Position numbers and translations under genes: made by a program. From positions 18,600,001 through 18,664,000 of the forward strand of contig OZ024751.1 of the NCBI GenBank assembly GCA_964016885.1: a stretch of DNA of 64,000 bases, in the 5' to 3' direction. The stretch comes from Eledone cirrhosa (lineage: Eukaryota). The notes under the pieces are model-generated. The model worked only from the letters and a program-made list of their open reading frames with translations, made no database searches and was not told the origin of the DNA. Positions 30,062 to 44,849 of this stretch are shown piece by piece (the stretch's first letter is position 1; each line of letters opens with the position of its first letter).

Positions 30062-30162
30062 AAAAGGTGTTGGCTATAATGCGTTTGTGGTTCGTTCTGA
30101 CAATTGGGCCCATTTCTTTTATATATATATAAGATTCTTTCTCTCTCTCTCTTTCTCTCTCT

Positions 30163-30355
<193 letters not shown>

Positions 30356-31070
30356 TTCATTGATGATATAATCACTGTTGTACGTATTTCGATGGTAAAT
30401 ATTATGAAACTGTTACGACTTCATCAGCCAGCTATTGCATGAACAGAAAATTTCACGAATAAATATTGCTCATGCTATTTCCATTCTGTCATACACAATG
30501 TTGTTTCGCCAAGTCCTAACTGAAATATGTCAGCAGACCTTTGAGGCATATTACAGATTGTAAACAGCCTGAGTAATTTTAATTCATCGTAGATTTTTTT
30601 TCATGGGTTTTTAACTGCTACAGAACAGTTTCTATCGAAATACGTATATCAGCAATTTTGTCATGAATAACATGATGTAAATTCTAACCTGTTGTCTTCT
30701 ACTTCATTGTTATACCAATATTCTGGAGTACACAGACCTACATATATACATCGACGAGTACTCTATCCTTCGTACACTAGGATTGTGTCAATAAAAGCAC
30801 ACAGAGTATAAGTCTTTCACTTCAGCTTTATTTTATCGACCTAATACCTAATCATTGATAATAATAATAAAGTACCAGTAATTCACTGGAATTATTGCTG
30901 GCCTTGTGCCAATAGTAGAAACAATTATTATCAGTTGTTGGTTATTTTGTGAAAGTTCTTTCGTAACACATTCTGTGACTTACTAAGTGACTATTTATTC
31001 GTCTACTCTAGCCATTGAGCAACTCACAGTACGTGTGACGAAAAAGTTTTGATAAAATAACAAATAACTA

Positions 31071-31254
31071 TCTATATACTACTAAAACTCTGCGAGTGTC
31101 TGCTTGCTTGTCTGTAATGTAATACAAACAAAAGGGCGCATAATTGGAAAATATTTAATTAAAAATTATTTTTAATTGAACATGATTTTAAAGAATATAT
31201 TTTAAAAAATATATTTCTAAGTGAAAGTGACCCAACGGGTCACGGGTTGTCTAG
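31071..31254 (+). mobile_element. Short non-autonomous Helitron
   Basis: A|TC 5' end, subterminal hairpin gtgaccc-aac-gggtcac, 3' CTAG|T, no target-site duplication. Confidence 0.7.
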
Positions 31255-31630
31255 TTACTAATAAAGCTAAAGTGAAATCAAGTAGTGGGTATGTTTATAT
31301 TGGCAAAATTCGTTAAATGACCATCGAAATATAAAAAATACATAAAAGAATATATATATTCAAACATATTTCAAACCTAATAGGGTTTTCATTAGAAGGG
31401 TTGTATAAACAAAAGTAAATATGTAACTGAGGAGCTTTTATTCTCTATCATTTACTCAGTTACTCAATACTAAAGTAGAGTTAAGGCAGTGTCCAGCATA
31501 ACTGGTGTCTAATTACTGAAACCAGTTAAATGTAAGAGAAGGAAAAGAACGAGACAGGCAAAGATATGGAGATAAATAGATAAAGATTGGTATAATGTGG
31601 AATAGATTTATAGGTTTCATCTATATTCTA

Positions 31631-32329
31631 CTAGCAGTAAAGCCCGGCGTTGCTCGGGGTCGCTCAGTAGCTGTGTTAAAGTTACAATGTTAAGTTTCTT
31701 TTTTGGCTTAAAAACTGTAGTGTCTACTGTGCAGACTTGCATGTGGTGTTTTTGATTAATATTCCCTCAACCAACTATATGTCTTATGAAGTTAAGAAAA
31801 CATAACGATAACCCGAATGTTATAACAAAAGAGGATGCTGGGGATAAAAACTGCACTGGTTATTTATTAACAAAGATCGAAAATGTAAACACTGCAACGC
31901 AGAGAAAAACAACGTAAGACGCTCAATGTAAACAGAACAAAGGGAAATAACTCGTCACTTACGCTCAAAAATCGATACATTAGATTCGATTTCGTCACAT
32001 AGGGTGGGTCAATTTGAAATATTTTTTTCCGATGTCTTCGCTAGGGCTCAATGTACAAGTATAGCAATTTCGGTGCAATTCCGTCAGAGATTCTAAGAGA
32101 TGTGTGCCAAAAATCGATAGACAGACAGACAGACAACCACAGCTTTATATATATAGATGACATAATCAAAAACAAGAACTTATTTGAAAATTTATTTGAC
32201 CGATGGTTCCGCCGGACCTTCATCTATAAGTGTAGCAATTTCACCGAAATTTGAACGTACGGTTTAAGAGGAGATGTGTGCCGAAGGTTTTAGTAGACAG
32301 ACAGACAACCTCAGTTTTATATATATAGA
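31631..32329 (-). mobile_element. Non-autonomous Helitron with a tandemly duplicated 5' end
   Basis: Minus strand: A|TCtatatatata..(GTCT)n start at 32329 and again at 32157; 3' hairpin cccgagc-aac-gccggg, then CTAG|T at 31631. Confidence 0.75.
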
Positions 32330-32461
32330 TTACATGAAAAGTCAACACAATTAAGAACACACACACATTAATATACACACATCCATACATGTATACATAA
32401 ATACATATACACAAAACGTACAAAAATACATATATACATACATGCATACATAGATGTATGA

Positions 32462-32493
<32 letters not shown>

Positions 32494-32494
32494 T

Positions 32495-32840
32495 CATGGT
32501 GATGGCTGTCCCCTCGTTATCGAGTATGGCCATTGCAAGATATAACATTATTAATAATTATTAATCAATGCATCGTGCAATGCCTCTGCGTGAAGATTTT
32601 TTTTTTTTAAAGTGAGGTTAGACTGTGAACTGGGCCAATCCCACTCTCTACGCGACAGTAGCTATAACCCGAAAAGAAGAAAAGATCAACATCATCGGTA
32701 ACTACAGAGCCGCAGGTTTTATGTCGGAGTTATCCCAGTTTCCTGAGTTGCCTTCTCCTAGAAGAATACCCTGACAAAGTTTAGGGGTCCTTCACTCCCT
32801 GTAGATTAACCGCACGATCGGGTATCCAGACTGATTATTT
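32495..32840 (-). mobile_element. Diverged relative of the RTE-derived element, lacking the zinc-finger segment
   Basis: Shares gcaatgcct..cgtgaag, cccactctct, caacatcat and ccttctcctagaa..tgacaaag motifs and a similar 3' end. Confidence 0.6.
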
Positions 32841-33859
32841 CTATTTCCCCGCGCATATACATACACATGTATACATGTATATACATATACACAAGCATGC
32901 ATGTATATACATATTTACACATTTTGGAATGGCCGTTGACTCTTATGAGTTCTTGTGCCCTTTGTCAGGTTTTTAATTTGTCCTGCATACATACAGACGC
33001 AAATATACGCAGTTTTATTTCATTTCATAATTGCTCTTTATATTTTGAATACAAATACCACCTATGTTAACTTAGCCTTTCATTCTTCCGGATCAATAAA
33101 TAAAGTACCAGTCAAATAATGGGTTGATTTAAGTTTCTTGAGCCTAAATTATAATAGAAATTAATATAGTATAGTATATATAATACCATATGTAACATTT
33201 CTCTCTAACTTTGGCACCAGTCCAGCAATTTAGTGGAAGGGAAAATGTCGATTAAATCGACCGCTGTAATTGATTGGTACTTTATTTTATCGACCAAGAA
33301 ACGATGCAATGTAAAGTTCATCTCGACAGATTTCAAACGTAAAGGAATTTAGAATGTAAAGAGTGCAAACAAATAAATACTGCTACGCGTTTGTCCAACG
33401 CCTTAGCGTCTCTGCCAAATCTACCGCCCCATTATGTGTAACATAAATGTCATAACTTTTCGTCATGTATCATCTATACGTATAGCTACACGTCTGCAAT
33501 CTTGTCACTGACACAATTCTACTGAGTTCATGTCATTTTATTCCAATTTAAATCAAGACCCCCCCCCCCCCCCTACACACACACACACATATGCATGTGA
33601 ACACACACAGATATATCATTGGGTAAATTGTTTGAATTGTATTGAACTGAAATCAAATAATTAAAAAGAACACATAATTGTTTATACTTTTGGCACATAA
33701 TAAAGATAATAAAGATAAGCGGAAAAAAAAAATTAAACCTAGCTTTGCACTATCAACTCATTGATTCTGCCACAGCACCACAGAGCAATATTGCACTCTT
33801 TCCTGTTTTACTGAGAAATAGTTCGTTATTGCTGTTACTGTTATTTTTCTAGCTCCTCT

Positions 33860-36800
33860 TGCTCCTGGTGTTGCAGACACTGCTCTTGTTGTTGCAGACA
33901 CTGCTCTTGGTGTTGCAGACACTGCTCTTGGTGTTGCAGACACTGCTCTTGGTGTTGCAGACACTGCTCTTGGTGTTGCAGACACTGCTCTTGGTGTTGC
34001 AGACACTGCTCTTGGTGTTGCAGACACTGCTCTTGGTGTTGCAGACACTGCTCTTGGTGTTGCAGACACTGCTCTTGGTGTTGCAGACACTGCTCTTGGT
34101 GTTGCAGACACTGCTCTTGGTGTTGCGGACACTGCTCTTGGTGTTGCAGACACTGCTCTTGGTGTTGCAGACACTGCTCTTGGTGTTGCAGACACTGCTC
34201 TTGGTGTTGCAGACACTGCTCTTGGTGTTGCAGACACTGCTCTTGGTGTTGCAGACACTGCTCTTGGTGTTGCAGACACTGCTCTTGGTGTTGCAGACAC
34301 TGCTCTTGGTGTTGCAGACACTGCTCTTGGTGTTGCAGACACTGCTCTTGGTGTTGCAGACACTGCTCTTGGTGTTGCAGACACTGCTCTTGGTGTTGCG
34401 GACACTGCTCTTGGTGTTGCAGACACTGCTCTTGGTGTTGCAGACACTGCTCTTGGTGTTGCAGACACTGCTCTTGGTGTTGCAGACACTGCTCTTGGTG
34501 TTGCAGACACTGCTCTCGGTGTTGCAGACACTGCTCTTGGTGTTGCAGACACTGCTCTTGGTGTTGCAGACACTGCTCTTGGTGTTGCGGACACTGCTCT
34601 TGGTGTTGCGGACACTGCTCTTGGTGTTGCAGACACTGCTCTTGGTGTTGCAGACACTGCTCTTGGTGTTGCAGACACTGCTCTTGGTGTTGCAAACACT
34701 GCTCTTGGTGTTGCAGACACTGCTCTTGGTGTTGCAGACACTGCTCTTGTTGTTGCAGACACTTCTCTTGGTGTTGCAGACACTGCTCTTGGTGTTGCAA
34801 ACACTGCTCCTGGTGTTGCAGACACTGCTCTTGGTGTTGCAGACACTGCTCTTGGTGTTGCAGACACTGCTCTTGGTGTTGCAGACACTGCTCTTGGTGT
34901 TGCAGACACTGCTCTTGGTGTTGCAGACACTGCTCTTGGTGTTGCAGACACTGCTCTTGGTGTTGCAGACACTGCTCTTGGTGTTGCAGACACTGCTCTT
35001 GCTGTTGCAGACACTGCTCTTGGTGTTGCAGACACTGCTCTTGGTGTTGCAGACACTGCTCCTGGTGTTGCAGACACTGCTCTTGGTGTTGCAGACACTG
35101 CTCTTGGTGTTGCAGACACTGCTCTTGGTGTTGCAGACACTGCTCTTGGTGTTGCAGACACTGCTCTTGCTGTTGCATACACTACTCTTGGTATTGCAGA
35201 CACTGCTCTTGGTGTTGCAGACACTGCTCTTGGTGTTGCAGACACTGCTCTTGGTGTTGCAGACACTGCTCTTGGTGTTGCAGACACTGCTCTTGGTGTT
35301 GCAGACACTGCTCTTGGTGTTGCAGACACTGCTCTTGGTGTTGCAGACACTGCTCTTGGTGTTGCAGACACTGCTCTTGGTGTTGCAGACACTGCTCTTG
35401 GTGTTGCAGACACTGCTCTTGGTGTTGCAGACACTGCTCTTGGTGTTGCAGACACTGCTCTTGGTGTTGCAGACACTGCTCTTGGTGTTGCAGACACTGC
35501 TCTTGGTGTTGCAGACACTGCTCTTGGTGTTGCAGACACTGCTCTTGGTGTTGCAGACACTGCTCTTGATGTTGCAGACACTGCTCTTGGTGTTGCAGAC
35601 ACGGCTCTTGGTGTTGCAGACACGGCTCTTGGTGTTGCAGACACGGCTCTTGGTGTTGCAGACACTGCTCTTGGTGTTGCAGATACTGCTCTTGGTGTTG
35701 CAGACACTGCTCTTGGTGTTGCAGACACTGCTCTTGGTGTTGCAGACACTGCTCTTGGTGTTGCAGACACTGCTCTTGGTGTTGCAGACACTGCTCTTGG
35801 TGTTGCAGACACTGCTCTTGGTGTTGCAGACACTGCTCTTGGTGTTGCAGACACTGCTCTCGGTGTTGCAGACACTGCTCTCGGTGTTGCAGACACTGCT
35901 CTTCATGTTGCAGACACTGCTCTTGGTGTTGCAGACACTGCTCTCGGTGTTGCAAACACTGCTCTTGGTGTTGCAGACACCGCTCTTGGTGTTGCAGACA
36001 CTGCTCTTGGTGTTGCAGACACTGCTCTTGGTGTTGCAGACACTGCTCTTGGTGTTGCAGACACTGCTCTTGGTGTTGCAGACACTGCTCTTGGTGTTGC
36101 AGACACTGCTCTTGGTGTTGCAGACACTGCTCTTGGTGTTGCAGACACTGCTCTTGATGTTGCAGACACTGCTCTTTGTGTTGCAGACACTGCTCTTGAT
36201 GTTGCAGACACTGCTCTTGGTGTTGCAGACACTGCTCTTGGTGTTGCAGACACTGCTCTTGGTGTTGCAGACACTGCTCTTGATGTTGCAGACACTGCTC
36301 TTGGTGTTGCAGACACTGCTCTTGGTGTTGCAGACACTGCTCTCGGTGTTGCAGACACTGCTCTCGGTGTTGCAGACACTGCTCTTGGTGTTGCAGACAC
36401 TGCTCTTGGTGTTGCAGACACTGCTCTTGATGTTGCAGACACTGCTCTTGGTGTTGCAGACACTGCTCTTGGTGTTGCAGACACTGCTCTTGGTGTTGCA
36501 GACACTGCTCTTGGTGTTGCAGACACTGCTCTTGGTGTTGCAGACACTGCTCTTGATGTTGCAGACACTGCTCTTGATGTTGCAGACACTGCTCTTGGTG
36601 TTGCAAACACTGCTCTTGGTGTTGCAGACACTGCTCTTGGTGTTGCAGACACTGCTCTTGGTGTTGCAGACACTGCTCTTGGTGTTGCAGACACTGCTCT
36701 CGGTGTTGCAAACACTGCTCTTGGTGTTGCAGACACTGCTCTTGGTGTTGCAGACACTGCTCTTGGTGTTGCAGACACTGCTCTTGGTGTTGCAGACACT

Positions 36801-38136
36801 GCTCTTGGTGTTGCAGACACTGCTCTCGGTGTTGCAAACACTGCTCTTGGTGTTGCAGACACCGCTCTTGCTGTTGCAGACACTGCTCTTGGTGTTGCAG
36901 ACACTGCTCTTGGTGTTGCAGACACTGCTCTTGGTGTTGCAGACACTGCTCTTGGTGTTGCAGACACTGCTCTTGGTGTTGCAGACACTACTCTTGGTGT
37001 TGCAGACACTGCTCTTGGTGTTGCAGACACTGCTCTTGGTGTTGCAGACACTGCTCTTGGTGTTGCAGACACTGCTCTTGGTGTTGCAGACACTGCTCTT
37101 GGTGTTGCAGACACTGCTCTTGGTGTTGCAGACACTGCTCTTGGTGTTGCAGACACTGCTCTTGGTGTTGCAGACACTGCTCTTGGTGTTGCAGACACTG
37201 CTCTTGGTGTTGCAGACACTGCTCTTGGTATTGCAGACACTGCTCTTGGTGTTGCAAACACTACTCTTGGTATTGCAGACACTGCTCTCGGTGTTGCAGA
37301 CACTGCTCTCGGTGTTGCAGACACTGCTCTCGGTGTTGCAAACACTGCTCTTGTTGTTGCAGACACTGCTCTTGGTGTTGCAGACACTGCTCTTGGTGTT
37401 GCAGACACTGCTCTTGGTGTTGCAGACACTGCTCTTGATGTTGCAGACACTGCTCTTGGTGTTGCAGACACTGCTCTTGGTGTTGCAGACACTGCTCTTG
37501 GTGTTGCAGACACTGCTCTTGTTGTTGCAGACACTGCTCTTGGTGTTGCAGACACTGCTCTTGGTATTGCAGACACTGCTCTTGGTATTGCAGACACTGC
37601 TCTTGGTGTTGCAGACACTGCTCTTGGTGTTGCAGACACTGCTCTTGGTGTTGCAAACACTGCTCTTGGTATTGCAGACACTGCTCTTGGTGTTGCAGAC
37701 ACTGCTCTTGGTGTTGCAGACACTGCTCTTGGTGTTGCAGACACTGCTCTTGGTATTGCAGACACTGCTCTTGGTGTTGCAGACACTGCTCTTCGTGTTG
37801 CAGACACTGCTCTTGGTGTTTCAGACACTGCTCTTCGTGTTGCAGACACTGCTCTTGGTGTTGCAGACACTGCTCTTGGTGTTGCAGACACTGCTCCTGG
37901 TGTTGCAGACACTGCTCTTGGTGTTGCAGACACTGCTCTTGGTGTTGCAGACACTGCTCTTGGTGTTGCAGACACTGCTCTTGGTGTTGCAGACACTGCT
38001 CTTGGTGTTGCAGACACTGCTCTTGGTGTTGCAGACACTGCTCTTGGTGTTGCAGACACTGCTCTTGGTGTTGCAGACACTGCTCTTGGTGTTGCAGACA
38101 CTGCTCTGGTTGTTGCAGACACTGCTCTTGTTGTTG
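33860..38136. repeat. 21-bp minisatellite, about 203 units (ctgctcttggtgttgcagaca)
   Basis: Continuous 4.3-kb array with only point variants; accounts for all very long ORFs between 33758 and 38284. Confidence 0.98.
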
Positions 38137-38767
38137 TTGTTGTTATGATTGTTGATGTTCTTATCATCATCATCACTATCAGCAGAACCATTGAGGAAGG
38201 TGGAATGACAGAATCGATACAGCACAGGAAATATTGATACTTTAATTTATTTGTTTGTTCTGAATGTCTACGTTCTGAGTTCAAATCCTAGCGAGATCAA
38301 TTTTGCCTTTCATCTTTCAGAGATCGATATATTAAGTACCAATCAAACACTGGGATGATTTAACCGAATTTCTCATTCCTTTTCCTCTCCCCTAAACTGT
38401 TAACCTTGTGCCTAATCCATAAACCGTTGTTGTTGTTGTTGTTGTTGTTCCTCTGCAATGTGAAGACAACGATTACTAGATTGCAGTATGTGTGTCCCCA
38501 ATGATTCTTTTAAAAAAATTGCAAAAATTTGATAACATAATTGCTCCAGCTGTCACGTGTTTCCAGACGTCCTTGATATTTCCCGCCTTTTTCTTCAAAC
38601 GGATGTTGACATGTCGATGTCACTCTAATCTGTAAAAGCTCCACCACTCTCCTATTCACTCGCATTACCTGTCTGTCTGTCTGTATGTCTGTCTCTCCCT
38701 CTGTCAGTCTCTCTCATTGACTCCCACCCTGTCTTATAGTCCTTCATCTCTCTCTCTCATCTCTCTC

Positions 38768-38807
<40 letters not shown>

Positions 38808-39022
38808 CTCTCTCTCTCTCACTCACTCACTCACTCTCACTCCTTCTCTCTTCCTGTACTGCTTACTCTCTTTTCCTAACAGCATCCTTGTCAGTTTGTC
38901 TGTATTTCTGCCCATCACCCTTTCTCCCATCTCTAGTCCCCCCCCTCTTTCTCTATCTATCTATCTATCTCATACTCCCAGCGTTGTCTACCTCTCTATC
39001 GGAAACGGTGTCATTACTCATT

Positions 39023-39117
<95 letters not shown>

Positions 39118-40278
39118 CTTAATCCTCCTTCCCCTCTACGCCTTGCATAATTTGTTGGTGCATGCACCGCTGCAGGATTCACTGCAGATATAACTCTCCC
39201 ACCCCATTTACACACTTCCCTTCTCCTTTCTCTCTGCGCCACGACACGAGACCGACCTTGACATTTCACCAAGAAATCCACCAACCTAATTTCTCACTAA
39301 TTCCCATCCACCCCCAAAATCCTTTTTTAAAAGTCAGTTCAACACTTTCACTACTGCTACTACTACCACAACCACATAGTACCTTCTGTTAGCAGCAACA
39401 TAGAACTATACCACTACACCGACTATAACACCACGCCACTACACCACTACTATATTGCCGCACAACACCATCACTTTATAGCCCCCACCATACAAGCTTT
39501 CCACTGCATCACAACATCATTACGTTACTATACCACCATGCGACAATATCCAATATCGTTATACCATCGTACCATCACGACACCACACCATTACATCACA
39601 ACACCACCACACCACTACACCAACACAGCATTACATCATTATGTCATTACATTACTAAATCCTTATACGACAACGCCACCACGCCATTACAGCATTACAT
39701 CGCACTACCATACCATTACACTAGCAAAACACTACAGCATCACATCTATACAACATCACACAACTAAATAATGTTACCATTACACTACCACACCACAACA
39801 CACAACGCCACACCATTACACTCACACATCAGTATACCTCCATTTTGACCTCATGATCACGAATGTTATGGATGCTACTCCAAGTACGAGGAACTTGACA
39901 TCTTTCAACTAGGAAACCGAACGTGACGTGGCTTTCTCTATTCTCACAGAATAAAGAATGTTATCACAGCTTTGTCCGGTTCAGAAATAGAAGAGGAAAT
40001 GTATTTCCCGTTCATCCACCAGTGCAAGATTTTATACGTAACAAATGTCTGAAAATTCACCATAAAATGTTGACGCTAAATCATCGTATTGTCAACTGTA
40101 AATCTGATAAATCTGATTGGCCCAACAACCATTCTTCTTTGAGCGTAGATTTATTTCATAATGAATCACTTGGTTACCAGTATATTTCGTACAAGTCATT
40201 TATGCTGTTTCAAAGCTACAAAGTGACCTAGTGTGTGTGATTTTGTTAATATGTGTTTATCCAAGCACACTGTGTTAC

Positions 40279-40313
<35 letters not shown>

Positions 40314-40449
40314 ATGTGTGTGTGACAGGAGCTGAAGACTTTCTATAACATGTAAGACTGCTGGGAGGGATAAAGGTAGCTATCCTCAAACTGGAGACCT
40401 GGTAAAAACTCTGTGTATGTATGCATGTGTATGTGTATAAAGAATCCTT

Positions 40450-40755
40450 TCGGTCACGATTGACCATTGGATTTCTACCTACAAAGTTCACCTCCAACGC
40501 AGAATTTAGTGGAAAGTGTATTTGTGGAAGACCAGCAGTCACCCATGCATAACAGCCTTCCCCCTCTCAATGCTACCAATATTTCCCAATGCAAAGTCAA
40601 TGGTTGATACAAATCGGTACCAATAACGTTGCAATTCATTTCTAGAGCTGAGTGAACGGGAGAAACGTGAAATAAAGTGTCTCGCTCAAGGACACAACTC
40701 ATTGCCCGATCCGGGAATCGAATTCACAACCTCACGATTATAAGTTCATCACTCT
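40450..40755 (-). mobile_element. Older CORE-like SINE with a different 3' body
   Basis: Reverse complement of B box and gtgtccttgagcgagacactttatttcacg..ctcagctctag. Confidence 0.65.
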
Positions 40756-40819
40756 CCTTATCCCTTTCTTACTCTTTCTTTCTCTCTATATATGTATATG
40801 TGTGTATGTGTGTATGTAT

Positions 40820-41128
40820 GTGAGCAAAGGCACTGCACAAAGCCAGTCCCACTCTCTTAACCAAGATGATATTTACCAAAAAGAAGAAAAAGTCAACATC
40901 ACGGCACAGGCATTGCTTTATACCTGGAGATCTCTCTGCACTTGTCGTTACATGGTACCATGGGCCCAGCACTATGTGTCAATAAATGTCACAAGTGTAG
41001 TGTTTGTACCAGAGTTTTCAAGTCGCTGTCTGGACTAAAAAGCCACACTCGTTAAGCACATCGGTAGGGGTTCTCCTACATGGATATAAAGTAATGGCCG
41101 TACTCGAAAACGAGTTGGCAGCCACCAT
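40820..41128 (+). mobile_element. RTE-derived element with 5' inversion
   Basis: 40820-40901 is inverted and 40899-41128 is direct relative to 19868-20262. Confidence 0.75.
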
Positions 41129-41716
41129 GTATGTATGGATGTATCTATGTATGTATATATGTATGTATGTATATTCTTCTGGTTTTATAATTTCACAAAT
41201 TTTTACCAATAGAGAGAGAGTCGGTTTCTAACATAGGCACAAGACTCTCTCATTGGAATATACACATCAACTAGGTAGATTATGTATGCATGTCTGCATG
41301 TGTAGATATGGATGTTATTGTATGTGTGGATGTGGATGTTTTGAGTTGTATGTGTGCATATGTATATGCTTTGTATCTGTACATGTGTATATGCAGTTAT
41401 TAGATGCAAAATGTTTGGAATGTTTTACATATTTTTACTGTTCCATTAATGGATTGTACTTGTAATTTCCTATGTATGTATGTATGTATGTATGTGGGTG
41501 TGTTTGTACGCAATGAGATGTGTTTTTTTATGTGTGTGTGTTAGCCAGTTTGTATGATTAATGACAAGTAGACAATCAGACGATAAATATGATTTCTAGT
41601 GTCAGAAGCGATAATTTCATTGCTACGTTCAAAACAGGTCTCTTCACTGCCAATGGTTTCCAACTACTACATACCTATACGCACACATACCCTCTCTCTC
41701 TCTCACACACACACAT

Positions 41717-41777
<61 letters not shown>

Positions 41778-42178
41778 AACATATACATATTCTCAGTCAG
41801 AATCCCACAAAAATATAAACACATGTATACACTAACACAAATTCACTCATATATAAACACACAAACACGTGGCCACAGATTCACTCTCAAAGCAAACACG
41901 CAAATACTCACACAGACATGCTAATATATCTTTAAATATACATATACACACACACAGATACAGAACATAAACACATAAATATACACACACATACACACAA
42001 ATACAGAGCATTAACACAAATATACACATATAATAATGAATATTAAATAAAGACAGATAAAATTAATAGATGAATAAATATAATTTACGACACACAGACA
42101 GGCATAAAATCAAGAAGTTTGTAAGAAAACTATAAAAAGCATTCGCATTTTTATGTATATATATATATATATATATAC

Positions 42179-42226
<48 letters not shown>

Positions 42227-42550
42227 GTATGTATGTATATGTATATATATGTATGTATATGTATATATATGTATGTATGTATATGTATATATGTGTATGT
42301 ATATATATGTATGTATATGTATGTATGTATATGTATATATATGTATGTATGTATATGTATATATATGTATGTATGTATATGTATATATATGTATGTATGT
42401 ATATGTATATATATATGTATGTATGTATATGTATATATATGTATGTATGTATATGTATATATATGTATGTATATATATGTATATATATGTATATACATAT
42501 ATGTATATGTATATATATATGTATATATATGTATATGTATATATATATGT

Positions 42551-42582
<32 letters not shown>

Positions 42583-42693
42583 GTATATATATATGTATAT
42601 GTATATTTATATATATGTGTGTGTGTGTATGTGTATACATATATACATATCTAGCTATATATATGTGTATGTGTGCGTATTTATATATCTATG

Positions 42694-42731
<38 letters not shown>

Positions 42732-43257
42732 ATACAGATATAGATAGTTAGATGTTTTTAGCATCACCTCATCCACGCAGCCCCCATTCCACACCCCCTT
42801 ACCTTACATCCTCCGAAACTCCAGCCCAGTTCTGAAACCCTCTCCCCTACATTCATTACACCCACTACCCCCAGTCCTGTGACTCCCTCTTCTCCATCCT
42901 TACTCTACCTGCTCATCCTACTCCCCCCCCCCCCATGGCGTACAGCTCTACAGACGACATGACATGCAGCGCCAAAAGGCAAGAAGGAGAGGAGGAGGGG
43001 GGAGGACTACAAGTCAAACATCTCTCTGTTAATGACCTTGTCAAAGAAATTAGCCACCAGCTAAGTCATTTATTGCGTTTACACTCTCTGTCTCACTGTG
43101 TGTGTGTATATATATATATATATTTATATATGAGTGTGTGTATGTGTGTATTTATATATGTGTATGCGTGTCTATATGTGTGTGTGTATATGCGCGTGGG
43201 AGTGTGGCCATACTTTTTTGTACGTTTGTGAGTTGTTATACATTTGTGTATGTTAAG

Positions 43258-43288
<31 letters not shown>

Positions 43289-43591
43289 ATGTGTATGTGT
43301 GTGAGTCTAGGTTTCTGTGTGTATGTGTGTATATATATGTGTATGCGTGTCTATATGTGTGTGTGTATATGCGCGTGGGAGTGTGGCCATACTATTTTGT
43401 ACGTTTGTGAGTTGTTATACATTTGTGTATGTTATTTATATATATATAGATATAGATATACATACATATTTATACATGTATATATATTTATATTATATAT
43501 ATATATATCGGTGTGTGTGAGTCTAGGTTTCTCTGTGTGTGTGTGAGTCTAGGTTTCTGTGTGTGTGTACGTGTGTATATATATGTGTATG

Positions 43592-43631
<40 letters not shown>

Positions 43632-44849
43632 TCTAGGTTTCTGTGAGTGTGTTTGTATATATGAGTGTGTGTGGCCATGTGTATGTTTCTTTTGCGAATG
43701 GTTATGTTTGTGCGTGTGTATGTGTTTCTATATATGTGCTTGATTCTGTATTTGTGTGTGTATGTGTGAGTCTAGGTTTCTGTGAGTGTGTGTGTGTATG
43801 AGTGTGTTTATATATGCATTAGTGTGTGGTGATAATTGGTTATGTGTGTGTGTGTATGCATCTCTCTTTTAGATTTTTCAAATAAGTAGATTATATACAT
43901 TTTTTCATTGTATGTTTGTTGTTTTTGTTATTGTTGCCGTTCTTGCATGTAGTACGGTGGATTGGCAGAGCCGTTAGAGCGCCAACAATGTGTTTGTGTC
44001 TTTTATTTATGGCGCTTTATATTGTGAGTTCATATCCTGCCAAGGTCAACTTTGCCTTTCATCAATTCCAGGGTGATAAATTAAAGTACCAGTTATATAC
44101 TGGTTTGTTGTTTTTGCTATATTTGAAGATATTCTTGTTTTTGTTATTTGTTCTGTGTGTGTGTGTGATGATGTTGGTGTTATATATTTGTTATCAACGG
44201 CGGTGAGGATATTTACTGTAATTTGGCTGGTTATATTGAAGATGTTGGTCGTGATGATGATTATGGTAGTGGTGGTGGTGGTGGTGGTGGTGGTGGTGGG
44301 ATTTGTGGTTTGGTTAGTAGAGATGGTGACGATGATATTGATGGTGGTAGTGTTAATTTTCCTAATTCTTATGATGATGATGATGATGATGATAATGATT
44401 AAGCAAACATCTGTGATGATAAAAAAGGAAGCAATGTTGATAATAATAACAAGTTTATAATGATGAAGATGACGATCACGATGTTAACAATGGTGAGGAG
44501 GATTAGAAGGAGGAAGAATACTATATATATATATAGAGAGAGAGTATACAAATAATTTGCAAGGATGCAGGGAGAATGGAAATTCTACACGCAAGAGCGT
44601 TAAATCTAAATACTCTTAAGATGGCCGCCGTTGAGAATTTAAACTTTAGCTGTCAGCTGTGTTTTAGTGCCATATATACTGGTCCCGTAGAATATCTAAT
44701 TTCTGTGTGTTTGTGTGTTTTGGAGGAAAAAATGCAATTCGAAATATTTCCAGTTAAAAAGACACTGGAATTTGAAACTGTCTACGAACACAATTTGCTA
44801 AGAACATACAATCTAGTACATGCACTCGGTCATTATTGTTGTTATGGAT

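Noticed and set aside
33860-38136. CRISPR-like array
   Set aside because: Head-to-tail units with no unique spacers, no cas genes, eukaryotic context.
33758-38284. Very long ORFs (up to 1429 aa) on both strands
   Set aside because: They are translations of a stop-free 21-bp minisatellite; overlapping frames are all open and there is no non-repetitive domain.
42935-43095. Possible exon (MAYSSTDDMTCSAKRQEG...)
   Set aside because: No similarity to Islet LIM2 or homeodomain; runs into (TG)n without a convincing donor.
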